Source: an uncultured Candidatus Peribacteria bacterium
GTDB lineage: Bacteria > Patescibacteriota > Gracilibacteria > Peribacterales > Peribacteraceae
NCBI GenBank assembly: GCA_964448405.1
Contig: CAYUVW010000001.1
Location: 17,795 to 81,794, forward strand
Direction: 5' to 3'
DNA length: 64,000 nucleotides
Positions 7,853-16,882 of the stretch are shown in pieces; the first letter of the stretch is position 1; each line of letters begins with the position of its first letter. Both the position numbers and the translations under genes were made by a program. The notes under the pieces are model-generated. The model saw only the letters and a list, made by a program, of their open reading frames with translations, was not told the DNA's origin and did no database searches.

Positions 7853-8449
7853 GTGCGCGTGCGCGTACTCCTCGTCGACAACTACGACTCGTTTACCTAC
7901 AACTTGTACCAGCAGCTCTGCTCGCTGGGCGCCGAGGTGATCGTGGCAAAAAACGACGAGGTCAATGCAGCCGCCATCCACGCGCTGTCGCCGACGCACA
8001 TCGTGCTCTCTCCCGGCCCCGGCACACCCGATGACGCAGGTGCCAGCAACGATGTCATCCGCACGTTTGCAGGTGTAATCCCCTTGCTTGGCGTGTGTCT
8101 TGGGCACCAGTGCATCGGACAGGTATTTTCGCCGTACGGAGCCAAAAACGTTATACATGCGCCCGAACTTCTGCATGGAAAAACCAGTGCTGTCTCGCAC
8201 GAGAGAAAAGGATTGATGCGCGGCGTTCCGTCGCCGTTCACCGCTGCGCGGTATCATTCGCTCATCGTGAAAGAAGTGCCGCCAATGTTCCATGCCATGT
8301 GCTGGACGACCGCAAAAAACGGAACGAAGATTCTCATGGGCCTGATGCACGAATCGCTGCCCGTGTTCGGCGTGCAGTTCCATCCCGAGTCCTTCCTCAC
8401 CAAGCACGGCGATGTGATTCTGAAAAATTTTCTCGCTTGCCGCACATGA
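7853..8449 (+). CDS. pabA: glutamine amidotransferase subunit of aminodeoxychorismate/anthranilate synthase
   Basis: LLVDNYDSFTYNLYQ, the catalytic Cys in LLGVCLGHQ, and VFGVQFHPES. GTG start at 7853 or 7859. Assigned to pabA because of its downstream partner. Confidence 0.8.
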   Translation: MRVRVLLVDNYDSFTYNLYQQLCSLGAEVIVAKNDEVNAAAIHALSPTHIVLSPGPGTPDDAGASNDVIRTFAGVIPLLGVCLGHQCIGQVFSPYGAKNVIHAPELLHGKTSAVSHERKGLMRGVPSPFTAARYHSLIVKEVPPMFHAMCWTTAKNGTKILMGLMHESLPVFGVQFHPESFLTKHGDVILKNFLACRT

Positions 8450-10431
8450 AGACGACGTTGCAGTTTTCCGCCGGCGATCCGCTCGAGTTTTTCGCGCGCA
8501 TGCGTGCGTCCGAACGAAACATCGCGTACGTCACCGACGGCGGTGTCACGATCGTCGCGTGGAATCCGGTCCGTACGGCTTTTCGTCTGGAGGACATCGA
8601 AGGCGAGCACCGCCTTTGCATTGGTTACGTCGGCTATGACGATGGCGCGGCAATGATCGGCGTGCGCACGCATGCGAAGGACGATCAGCGCGTCCGGGGT
8701 ACTTGCTTCCATGTCTATACGAACGCTGTGGCCATTGAAGGCCGGAGCATCAGGGTGATGGGCGACGCGCCTTTTGCCGCGCAAGTCCGCGTCATTCTCA
8801 AGCGTCCGCTCCCCGACCCGTCGCATATTTCCGTCCCGCGCTTCCGCGCCCGCATGACGAAGCAGGCCTACGCCAAAGCATTCGTGCGCGTGCAGCGCTG
8901 CATCCGTGACGGCGAGTTCTATCAGCTCAACCTGGCGCAACGGTTCGATGCCGCGTACGCAGGAGAGAGGCGCGAACTCTTTTCGTTGCTTGCCCGTCGC
9001 AACCCCGCCGCGTGCATGTCGTATTTCGAGGGGAAGGATTGCACGCTGTTGTCGCTGTCGCCCGAGACATTCGTGCGCATCGATGGCCGACGCATCGTCA
9101 CGTGTCCCATTAAAGGCACCCGCCCGCGCGGCGCCACACCGGAACAAGACGCTGCGTTGCGTGAGGAGCTGCTGCAGAGCGACAAGGAACGAGCTGAATT
9201 GGCGATGATCACCGACCTGCTGAGAAACGACGTCGGCCAAATCGCCCGCGTGGGCACCGTACGCGTGGAAGAAGCCCGCGCGATCCAGGCCAACCCGACG
9301 GTATGGCATACGCACTCGGTTGTGTCCGGCGAATTGGAAAGCGGCATGACGCCCGCAGACGTGCTAAGGCAGATGCTGCCCGGCGGCTCGATTACCGGTT
9401 GCCCAAAGAAGCGCGCGGTGCAGGAAATCGACGCATTGGAGCCGCTGAAACGCGGGCCGTACACCGGCGTGCTGTGCATGTTCCATGGTACGTTCCTGCG
9501 TTCCAGCATTCTCATCCGCACGTTGGTTGCGACGAAGAACAAGCTTTCGCTTTCGGTCGGCGGCGGCATCGTGGCCGATTCCACGCCGGAGAGCGAGTAC
9601 CAAGAGACTCTCGATAAAGCCAAAGCGTTTTTCGATCTCGCTCAGCCCAAGGCCATGACGTGGATCAACGGCAAGCCGGCTGATCCGCTGGACCCGCGCC
9701 TCAAGCTGCTCGATCCGCTGCATGCAAAAGGCAAGGCCGTATTCGAGACGCTGCGTACGTACGGCGGTGTGCCGTTTGAACTCGATGCACATCGCAAGCG
9801 CCTGGCCCGATCCGCACGCTTGCTGGGGTTCCATCTGCCGCCGTATTGCAACAATCTCGGCCGTGAAATTCTGGTTGCCGTACAGATCTGCGGCGTCGGA
9901 CCACTGCGCATCAAGATTCTGGCGACGAACAAAGACGTATTGATCCAGTGTGTGCCGCTTGTCATCGATCCGGCCGTCTACAAGGGCGTCTCAGCCATGT
10001 TCATACAGGCAGAGCGTGTTACGCCAATGGCCAAGGCGCTGCCGTACGACGTCTGCGCGCATGCCAATGCCGCCGCCCGCAAGCGCGGTCATGAAGAGGC
10101 ATTGCTGCTCGACTCCGTCGGCCATGTGCCCGAAGGCGCGTATTCGAATCTCTTTTGGGTGAGTCGCGGCGTACTGCACACCGCGGACGAGCGTGTGTTG
10201 CTTGGCATCACCCGCGCCGTGGTTCTGAAACTGGCCAAGCAACTGAAGCTTAAGGTCCGGTTCACCATGCCCGCACAGCGGGACTTACTGGAAGCCGACG
10301 AAGTGTTCATCACCAAGACCACCACCGGTCCGGTGCCGGTAACACGCATCGGGAAGACGAAGATTGGTTCTGGGAAACCGGGCGTCGTCACAAAAAAGAT
10401 CTTGAAGGCATACGCCGGCTACTCGGGTTAA
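8446..10431 (+). CDS. pabB: aminodeoxychorismate synthase component I fused to a class IV aminotransferase-fold ADC lyase (PabB-PabC)
   Basis: ATG 8446 overlaps the pabA TGA (ATGA). Chorismate-binding motifs SPETFVR, PIKGTRPRG, GGSITGCPKKRA, RGPYTGV and GGGIVADSTPESEYQE. The C-terminal ~270 aa have class IV features (EGAYSNLFWV, LLGITR). Confidence 0.8.
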   Translation: MKTTLQFSAGDPLEFFARMRASERNIAYVTDGGVTIVAWNPVRTAFRLEDIEGEHRLCIGYVGYDDGAAMIGVRTHAKDDQRVRGTCFHVYTNAVAIEGRSIRVMGDAPFAAQVRVILKRPLPDPSHISVPRFRARMTKQAYAKAFVRVQRCIRDGEFYQLNLAQRFDAAYAGERRELFSLLARRNPAACMSYFEGKDCTLLSLSPETFVRIDGRRIVTCPIKGTRPRGATPEQDAALREELLQSDKERAELAMITDLLRNDVGQIARVGTVRVEEARAIQANPTVWHTHSVVSGELESGMTPADVLRQMLPGGSITGCPKKRAVQEIDALEPLKRGPYTGVLCMFHGTFLRSSILIRTLVATKNKLSLSVGGGIVADSTPESEYQETLDKAKAFFDLAQPKAMTWINGKPADPLDPRLKLLDPLHAKGKAVFETLRTYGGVPFELDAHRKRLARSARLLGFHLPPYCNNLGREILVAVQICGVGPLRIKILATNKDVLIQCVPLVIDPAVYKGVSAMFIQAERVTPMAKALPYDVCAHANAAARKRGHEEALLLDSVGHVPEGAYSNLFWVSRGVLHTADERVLLGITRAVVLKLAKQLKLKVRFTMPAQRDLLEADEVFITKTTTGPVPVTRIGKTKIGSGKPGVVTKKILKAYAGYSG

Positions 10432-10874
10432 TTTCTGCCCAGCATTGCGCGAGTCAGCTGCCGCAGCGCCACTTCCGGTCCGCCCAAACGGTCGATACGT
10501 TGACGGCTGGCATCAATTTCCAGGGTCACGGCTTCCCGAGCCGCATTTTTCAGGGCTATTAGCGCCAATCGTACGGTTTCGTTCGTATCGCCGATGGCGA
10601 GCAATCCGTCATGCACGAGTTCATCGAATGCGGCCAGCGGCATGGCGGTGGCGCTGCCCCTGGTCACCAATTCCGGCAATACGGTAAGCGCTGTTCCTTC
10701 CGCGGCGGCGGCTTCCAGGAGTTGCGTCGCCCGTCCCACGCAATTTTCAATGATGATCTGCAGCCCAATGGAGCGTTCACGGTCTTCCATGGCGCGGACA
10801 AGATCGCGCGCACGCGAAATGTGCGCGCTGAGGACGGTATCACCACTCGCCCTTGGCTGTTCGGGGATATCCAT
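10428..10874 (-). CDS. hypothetical helical protein (148 aa)
   Basis: ORF with plausible composition. Upstream promoter-like TTGACG-N19-TAGCAT-N9-ATG. Its stop overlaps the pabBC stop (TTAA). Confidence 0.45.
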   Translation of the reverse strand: MDIPEQPRASGDTVLSAHISRARDLVRAMEDRERSIGLQIIIENCVGRATQLLEAAAAEGTALTVLPELVTRGSATAMPLAAFDELVHDGLLAIGDTNETVRLALIALKNAAREAVTLEIDASRQRIDRLGGPEVALRQLTRAMLGRN

Positions 10875-10942
10875 ATAGAGAAGATGCTACACCCAAGGAG
10901 AGTACTTTCGTCAAGAATCCTGCGTGCTATACTCCCGCACCC

Positions 10943-11767
10943 ATGAAGCTCACTCAAGCAATTCTGCCCGTTGCCGGATTCGGCACGCGGTTCCTGCCGT
11001 GGACTAAAGTCGTTCCGAAGGAACTGTTGCCCATCGGCAATGTGCCCATTATCGCGCTGCTCGTCGACGAGTGCTTAAGCGTCGGCATTACCGACATTTG
11101 TTTTGTCATCAGCCGCGGAAAGGAGGCGATTCCAGAGTATTTCGAGCAGCATCGTTCACTGGAGCGCGAACTTGAAAATCGAGGCAAGTTGCACATGCTC
11201 GAAGAGCTGAAGAAGTACGATAACGTGAATTTCCACGTGGTGTACCAAAACGAAATGAAAGGCGACGGCCACGCCATTCTGCAAGCGCACTACTGGGTGA
11301 AGACCGAGCCGGTTGCCGTGCTGTTTGGCGACGACCTTATCATCGGCAAGAAGAACGGTCTCCAGCAGCTGGTCGCCGCCTACGAAGAAGTGAAGTCCAA
11401 GCGCGACAGCGCCTTTCTGTGTTTGCAAAAAGTGCCGGACAAGCTGGTTTCCAAATATGGCATCGTCGCAGTCGACGACGCCAAGTCCAAGGGCCGACTG
11501 AAGAGCATTACGGGCCTTGTGGAAAAGCCGCTGCCCAAGAATGCGCCGTCAAACCTGGGTATCGTCGGCAAGTACCTTATTCCCCGCTCCACAATCGAAG
11601 TGTTGCATCGCACGGAGGCCGGTCACTACGACAAAGAAATCCGCCTTATCGACGCACTGAAGTCGCAACTGGGTACCATGGACGTCTACGGCTACGAATT
11701 CGAAGGCCAGCGCTTGGATACAGGCACGCCGGAAGGCTACCGCGAGGCAGTGAGCGTGCTGTGCTAA
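10943..11767 (+). CDS. galU: UTP--glucose-1-phosphate uridylyltransferase
   Basis: AILPVAGFGTRFLPWTKVVPKELLPI at the N-terminus. Start moved to ATG 10943. Confidence 0.9.
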   Translation: MKLTQAILPVAGFGTRFLPWTKVVPKELLPIGNVPIIALLVDECLSVGITDICFVISRGKEAIPEYFEQHRSLERELENRGKLHMLEELKKYDNVNFHVVYQNEMKGDGHAILQAHYWVKTEPVAVLFGDDLIIGKKNGLQQLVAAYEEVKSKRDSAFLCLQKVPDKLVSKYGIVAVDDAKSKGRLKSITGLVEKPLPKNAPSNLGIVGKYLIPRSTIEVLHRTEAGHYDKEIRLIDALKSQLGTMDVYGYEFEGQRLDTGTPEGYREAVSVLC

Positions 11768-11824
11768 TTTGGCCTCCAGATAGGAGAATCCATTCTTTTG
11801 TGGTATACTGAGGGGTATATTCTT

Positions 11825-13444
11825 ATGTCCAAAAAAAACACACCAGAAACACCCAAAAGCGGACCGCGCCACTTTGGCGAAACACTGCCGGATTTGAAAG
11901 CGGAGCAAGGCAAGAAATTGCCGACCGGTTCCGCGAAGTTGATTGCCATCGAGGCCGCCAAGGAGATTGGAAAACTGGGGTATGACCTGGTGAAATCAGG
12001 CGGTTTACTGACACCGGTAAAGCTCGTGACGATGGCTTGGACTGCCTGGAAGGTCTACAGCACGGCCAAGGCCGAGGCGCTGCGCAAGCTGAATGAAACC
12101 TACCTCACCGGTCGTGACGTGTGGGCCCAGGACATCATGGGCAATGTGGAAGGCGGCGAGTTCAACGTCTCGGGAAACGAGCCTGTGAAGCAGGACATCC
12201 GCGATTACTTGCACGGTACTCCGCCTGCGCCCAGTTCACCGCTCCGTCTGCAGGTACGCACCCAGTATCGTAAGCAAAAAGAGTACGAGGCCGTCGTTGC
12301 ACATCTGGAGCAACTGGAACAAGGTGCAGCTGCCGTTGCCGAGTCTCTGGCAGCCAATCCGCCGGAGCAGTCCGATGTCGCCGCGCGAGCCGAGGAGCTG
12401 AAAGCATCGCTGACACAAGGCGAGCAGGCGTTGACGCGTGTGGCCGAAACAGCCGAAAGCACTGACTCGGCCTCGTCGGACCAGAACACCGGTGAAGACA
12501 AGCAGAAGGAGAATCGTGAAATGTTCCTTCGTCGAATCGCGGACCCCGACCGCAATCTGAGGGACAAGATGACCGAATTGCTGAGCTGGGTCGGTAACGA
12601 CTTCAAGGGATACGGTGTGAGGCTCCCCGGTGTTACACGTACGGCGAATGTGTCGCCGACCTACCGCGGTGACAGTACGCCGAGTAATACGTTTCACCAA
12701 TTCTCCCGTCTCGATGGCACCTTCGAGCGCAATGGAGTGCGCATTGTCTTGGACGGGGTGATTGTCGACCAGCATGGCAGTTGGTATCAAAGCGACAGTG
12801 TTCCCAGCAAAATCACCATAACGACGCCCGATGGGCAGCTTGTCGCCGAGCACCAGTTCGCCCCCGTCCGTATCTTGAAGCAAGGGCAGGAGGCGGTTAC
12901 GAGTGACCATCCGGCGATGCACCGGGAACTTTTGCAGGTGGCACAGGCCGTGGCGCAAGGCGAGCAGCCAGAGCGCCAGACCGACGCCGTCAAACGGCAC
13001 ACGGAAACATTGGAGCATGCACGGGATCGTATTGCAGAGCCGCTCGACCTCACGAAAATCCTCGCCAATCACGCGGCCGATGCGCGCCATACCGTTCCCG
13101 GACTATCTATCAAGACTGCCGAACGCCCTACCTCGATCGACGCCGAATATGCCGATACAAACGGCTATCGTCGGATCGACGGTACGGTCCGGGGTGCCGA
13201 CGGCGTCACCGTTGTCTTCGACGGAGTGATTGTCGATCATTTCGGCGATTGGATGGGCAATACCAAGACTCCCAGCAAGATCACGATTACGACCCCGGGT
13301 GGCGCACTGGAAATCCAGTGCTCGCACGGCCAAAAATATTTCATCGCGAACGAACGGTATTACGATTATCACAGGGACACACCAGAGGCGAACTACTCGG
13401 CGGGCATCATCTTCAAGGCGCTTGAGGCGATGCGTCCTGCGTAG
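11825..13444 (+). CDS. hypothetical protein with an internal ~50-aa duplication
   Basis: No motif recognised. The module R.DGT...GV.(I/V)V(L/F)DGVIVD..G.W......PSKITITTP.G occurs twice (~12700-12850 and ~13165-13315). Confidence 0.6.
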   Translation: MSKKNTPETPKSGPRHFGETLPDLKAEQGKKLPTGSAKLIAIEAAKEIGKLGYDLVKSGGLLTPVKLVTMAWTAWKVYSTAKAEALRKLNETYLTGRDVWAQDIMGNVEGGEFNVSGNEPVKQDIRDYLHGTPPAPSSPLRLQVRTQYRKQKEYEAVVAHLEQLEQGAAAVAESLAANPPEQSDVAARAEELKASLTQGEQALTRVAETAESTDSASSDQNTGEDKQKENREMFLRRIADPDRNLRDKMTELLSWVGNDFKGYGVRLPGVTRTANVSPTYRGDSTPSNTFHQFSRLDGTFERNGVRIVLDGVIVDQHGSWYQSDSVPSKITITTPDGQLVAEHQFAPVRILKQGQEAVTSDHPAMHRELLQVAQAVAQGEQPERQTDAVKRHTETLEHARDRIAEPLDLTKILANHAADARHTVPGLSIKTAERPTSIDAEYADTNGYRRIDGTVRGADGVTVVFDGVIVDHFGDWMGNTKTPSKITITTPGGALEIQCSHGQKYFIANERYYDYHRDTPEANYSAGIIFKALEAMRPA

Positions 13445-13450
13445 CGTGCT

Positions 13451-15526
13451 CTAGAGCTCCCGCTTGAACAGCTCGATTTCATCGCGCAGATCGGCCGCTT
13501 TCTCGAATTCCATGTTCTTGGCGGCCAGGTCCATTTGGGCTTCCAGCTCTTCGATCATGCGCTTCTTTTCGTCCTTGGGGATCTTCACGTGGTCGTACTT
13601 CTTCTTGCTGAGCTTCAGTTTGCTGTGTTCCTCGGCAATATCCTTAATGGCCTTAATAATGGTTTTCGGAGTAATGCCATGCTTCTTGTTGTAGGCCTCT
13701 TGAATGGTGCGACGGCGGTTGGTTTCGCCGATTGCACCCTCCATGGCGGGGGTCATTTTGTCGGCGTACAGCACGACGTGGCCACTGATGTTGCGGGCGG
13801 CGCGGCCGATGGTCTGCAACAGCGCATCTCGTGAGCGCAGGAATCCCTGCTGATCGGCGTCCAAAATGGCGATGTAACTGACCTCCGGAAGGTCCAAACC
13901 TTCGCGCAGCAGGTTGATGCCGACCAGAATGTCGATCTCTCCGCTGCGGAGCTGGCGCAGGATTTCCACGCGTTCCATGGTTTCAATATCGCTGTGCAGC
14001 CAGCGCACTTTGTAATCGGCATTCTGGAAATACGTGGCCAAATCCTCGGCGCTCTTTTTGGTCAACGCCGTAATCAGCACGCGCTCGCCGCGCTTAATGG
14101 TTTCGTTGATTTCCTTGGTGATGTGGTCGATCTGGTGCTTCTTCGGATGAATGGTCACCTGCGGATCGACCAATCCGGTCGGACGGATGATTTGCTCCAC
14201 GATCAGATTCTTCTTGGCCTCGCCCTTGGGCGGCAATGCAGTGTGGCGGAATTCGTACGGACCGGGTGTTGCCGACACGTACACGGCCTGATTGATGCGT
14301 TCTTCAAACTCCTTGAACTTCAGCGGGCGGTTATCGTGCGCGCTTTCCAGGCGGAAGCCGTAGTCGATGAGCGTGGATTTGCGCTGGAAGTTCCCCTCGT
14401 GCATGCCGCCGATTTGCGGAATGGAAATGTGCGACTCGTCCACGAACAGCAGGTAGTCGTCCGGGAAGTAGTCCATGAGCGTTTCCGTCGGCTCGCCTGG
14501 CTCTCGGTTGCCCAAATAACGCACGTAGTTCTCGATACCCGTGCAGTAGCCGGTCTCCTTCAGCATTTCCATGTCGTACTCGGTGCGCTGGCGGATACGC
14601 TCGGCCTTGGCGTGCTCGCCTTTCTCCAAGAAAAACTTCTCGCGAACTTCCATTTCCGCCTTAATCCTTTCTATGGCTCCGTCGATTTTCTCCTTGGTCG
14701 TCACGTTATGGGCGGCTGGGAAAATCTTGATTTCATCCATCTCGCCGATCAATTCCCCGGTGAAACTGTCCACCTCCTGAATGGAATCGATTTCATCGAA
14801 CGGCATCTCGATGCGAATGACGGTGTCGCCGCTCGGCGGGAAGATTTCAATCACGTCGCCGAGAACGTGGAACATACCCTGCTTGAACTGCATGGCGCTG
14901 CGGCGGTACTGAATGTCCGTCAGCAGGCGTAGCAGACGCTGGCGCTGGAACGGCATGCCGCGCTTCAGGGTAATCGCCAAGAGCGAGTAATCCTCCACGC
15001 TGCCAAGGCCGTAGATGCACGATACCGACGCCACGATCAGCACGTCGCGGCGTGTGAGCAAGTTGTGCGTGGCGGCGTGACGGAACTTGGCGATCTCTTC
15101 GTTAATGCTGGCGTCTTTTTCAATGTACGTGTCGGTGGTGGGAAGGTATGCCTCGGGTTGGTAGTAGTCGTAGTACGACACGAAGTAGCTGACTGCGTTC
15201 TCCGGGAAGTACTGTTGAAACTCGCTGCACAGCTGGGCGGCCAGCGTCTTGTTGTGGGCCAACACCAATGTTGGGCGCTGCAGCTGTTGCACGATGTTGG
15301 CCATGGCGAAGGTCTTACCCGTTCCCGTAGCGCCAAGCAGCGTCTGGTGGCGCTCTTTCCCCTTCAGTCCTTTGACCAGCTGCTCAATTGCGGCCGGCTG
15401 GTCGCCGGTCGGTTTATACTGCGACACCAAGTTGAACTTCCGCTGTTCAATGGGCGCCATGGGTTTGCCTTGGCTGGCATCCAACGTTGCTTTCGCCTTT
15501 GGTGGATCTACCGGATTCGTCGCCAT
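13451..15526 (-). CDS. uvrB: excinuclease ABC subunit B
   Basis: YKPTGDQPAAIEQL, Walker A GATGTGKTF, helicase motifs, and a C-terminal UVR domain (EFEKAADLRDEI). Confidence 0.95.
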   Translation of the reverse strand: MATNPVDPPKAKATLDASQGKPMAPIEQRKFNLVSQYKPTGDQPAAIEQLVKGLKGKERHQTLLGATGTGKTFAMANIVQQLQRPTLVLAHNKTLAAQLCSEFQQYFPENAVSYFVSYYDYYQPEAYLPTTDTYIEKDASINEEIAKFRHAATHNLLTRRDVLIVASVSCIYGLGSVEDYSLLAITLKRGMPFQRQRLLRLLTDIQYRRSAMQFKQGMFHVLGDVIEIFPPSGDTVIRIEMPFDEIDSIQEVDSFTGELIGEMDEIKIFPAAHNVTTKEKIDGAIERIKAEMEVREKFFLEKGEHAKAERIRQRTEYDMEMLKETGYCTGIENYVRYLGNREPGEPTETLMDYFPDDYLLFVDESHISIPQIGGMHEGNFQRKSTLIDYGFRLESAHDNRPLKFKEFEERINQAVYVSATPGPYEFRHTALPPKGEAKKNLIVEQIIRPTGLVDPQVTIHPKKHQIDHITKEINETIKRGERVLITALTKKSAEDLATYFQNADYKVRWLHSDIETMERVEILRQLRSGEIDILVGINLLREGLDLPEVSYIAILDADQQGFLRSRDALLQTIGRAARNISGHVVLYADKMTPAMEGAIGETNRRRTIQEAYNKKHGITPKTIIKAIKDIAEEHSKLKLSKKKYDHVKIPKDEKKRMIEELEAQMDLAAKNMEFEKAADLRDEIELFKREL

Positions 15527-15589
15527 GAGCCATGCAGTGTACCGCAGCGCGCCTGCAAAAGGAAGGGTAGCTCCTGCGGCAGAGCCTTT

Positions 15590-16543
15590 TTACGCCGACT
15601 GTTTCGCCATGCCGATCCGGTCGAAGAGCCACAACATCGCCATGAGCATGGCAATGCCAATGAGTCCGTGGAACAAATCCACCGCCACTTCGCGGGAGAA
15701 GATCCCGATGATCATAATCATCGCAATGCGAGCGCCGTTCAGGAAAAACAGCAACAGTGCACCAATGATTGCGGCAACCGCCGCGCGCCACGGCTGGACG
15801 CCGGACCGTTGCCACCACAGCGCTCCGGCCAGCAGGAGAAACAGCATGACGCCATCCAGTGCTGCGCACTGTGGCCCGATGCGCACGGTAAATGCATGGA
15901 ACGTAATCAGCGCATGGTGCGCATCCACCGACACAGCCGATGCATCGACGAGTTGCAGCAGCCAAGCCGCCAGATCCAGCGCCGGGCGAACCAATGGCAA
16001 ATGCCAGACCGACGCGAGAACCCCGGTTGTCACGAAGCCCAATGCCAGCAGTACACAGGCCAGAATCGCCGGGATGCAACGACGCAACGTCGCCCAAGGG
16101 AAGCAGAGTCCGTACGCGGCCGCAGCCGGCAGCAGGAGGCATGCGTATGACAGCGCGGTGAACAGCAGGCCGCGTGTTTGGTCGAGCGCCCTGAGTTGCA
16201 CCAATTGTTCGGTCGAAGGATGCGTGACCACCAGTGCAGCAACGGATGCAATCGCAACCAGCGCTCCGGATACGATGCGCTCGCGACGTGATGGCATTCC
16301 GATCTGCGCCATGCGTTTATCGTTTGCCAGCCACAATCCAAACAAGACTAACAACAATGCGAAATGATGTTGCTGCGGAGGCAGAGGCAAAAATCCCAGC
16401 GCGACAGGTCCGACGTATGCGCGCCCGATCAACGCGCTGAGCCCGGGGCTTTGCAGTAGAACCGGTATGCCAATGGCCACGGCAAAGAGCGTAACCGCTT
16501 TGCGGATCAGCGGAACCGATGGGTCCGCTGCGCGCGAGTGCAT
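15590..16543 (-). CDS. exosortase/archaeosortase-family membrane protein (putative)
   Basis: Polytopic hydrophobic protein. It has the ordered blocks RIGPQCAALDG (Cys), FFLNGARIAM (Asn/Arg) and DLFHGLIG (His), as in exosortase transpeptidases. Confidence 0.55.
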   Translation of the reverse strand: MHSRAADPSVPLIRKAVTLFAVAIGIPVLLQSPGLSALIGRAYVGPVALGFLPLPPQQHHFALLLVLFGLWLANDKRMAQIGMPSRRERIVSGALVAIASVAALVVTHPSTEQLVQLRALDQTRGLLFTALSYACLLLPAAAAYGLCFPWATLRRCIPAILACVLLALGFVTTGVLASVWHLPLVRPALDLAAWLLQLVDASAVSVDAHHALITFHAFTVRIGPQCAALDGVMLFLLLAGALWWQRSGVQPWRAAVAAIIGALLLFFLNGARIAMIMIIGIFSREVAVDLFHGLIGIAMLMAMLWLFDRIGMAKQSA

Positions 16544-16732
16544 TTAGAGGCGGTCGGAATCTTTGCTCTTTTTCTTTTGTAACAGCTTCTGCCCCGCCAC
16601 TGCGACTATGGGTACCGCCAGCCAACCGAAAAACGGCGCATCGGGCGGCGGCGGTGCCTCTATTGCAAACGCAACGGCGGGCATAAGCCAAGATACCGAG
16701 ATCACCAGCGATGCATGCACCAACCGTTTCAT
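16544..16732 (-). CDS. 62-aa secreted mini-protein with a PEP-CTERM-like sorting signal
   Basis: Signal peptide MKRLVHASLVISVSWLMPAVAFA, then IEAPPPPDAP, then helix FFGWLAVPIVAVAG, then QKLLQKKKSK. Its TAA directly abuts the exosortase ATG. A GGTGA motif lies 6 nt upstream of its ATG. Confidence 0.45.
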   Translation of the reverse strand: MKRLVHASLVISVSWLMPAVAFAIEAPPPPDAPFFGWLAVPIVAVAGQKLLQKKKSKDSDRL

Positions 16733-16882
16733 TGGTCGTCACCTTACCATGAAGGCTTTGAACGGACCAAAAATTTCTCAGCGATGTTTTTGCACTACTC
16801 CCAAGTGAGCCGACCTTGGCGCATCTATTTTTTCCCCATGACACTATACTGGTGGCATGGGTCGGTCTGGTACCGTAGCGCT

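Noticed and set aside
7412-8407. 331-aa minus-strand ORF overlapping pabA. Similar long shadows occur at 5954..6742, 8254..9315, 13994..14932, 15065..16367, 18633..19553, 19523..20413, 27058..27804, 28297..29301, 47631..49214, 49662..50639 and 57386..59020.
   Set aside because: Each lies antisense to a gene with strong family motifs and has Arg/Gly/His/Ala-skewed, low-information sequence. For 7412..8407, only the last 35 codons (7412..7519) are kept as a possible real mini-gene.
16715-16882. 56-codon N-terminal extension of the PhyH-family gene given in the ORF track.
   Set aside because: The extension overlaps the start of the divergent 62-aa gene and contains a TATACT -10-like hexamer (16845-16850). 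The first in-frame ATG after it is 16883, though 16838 cannot be excluded.
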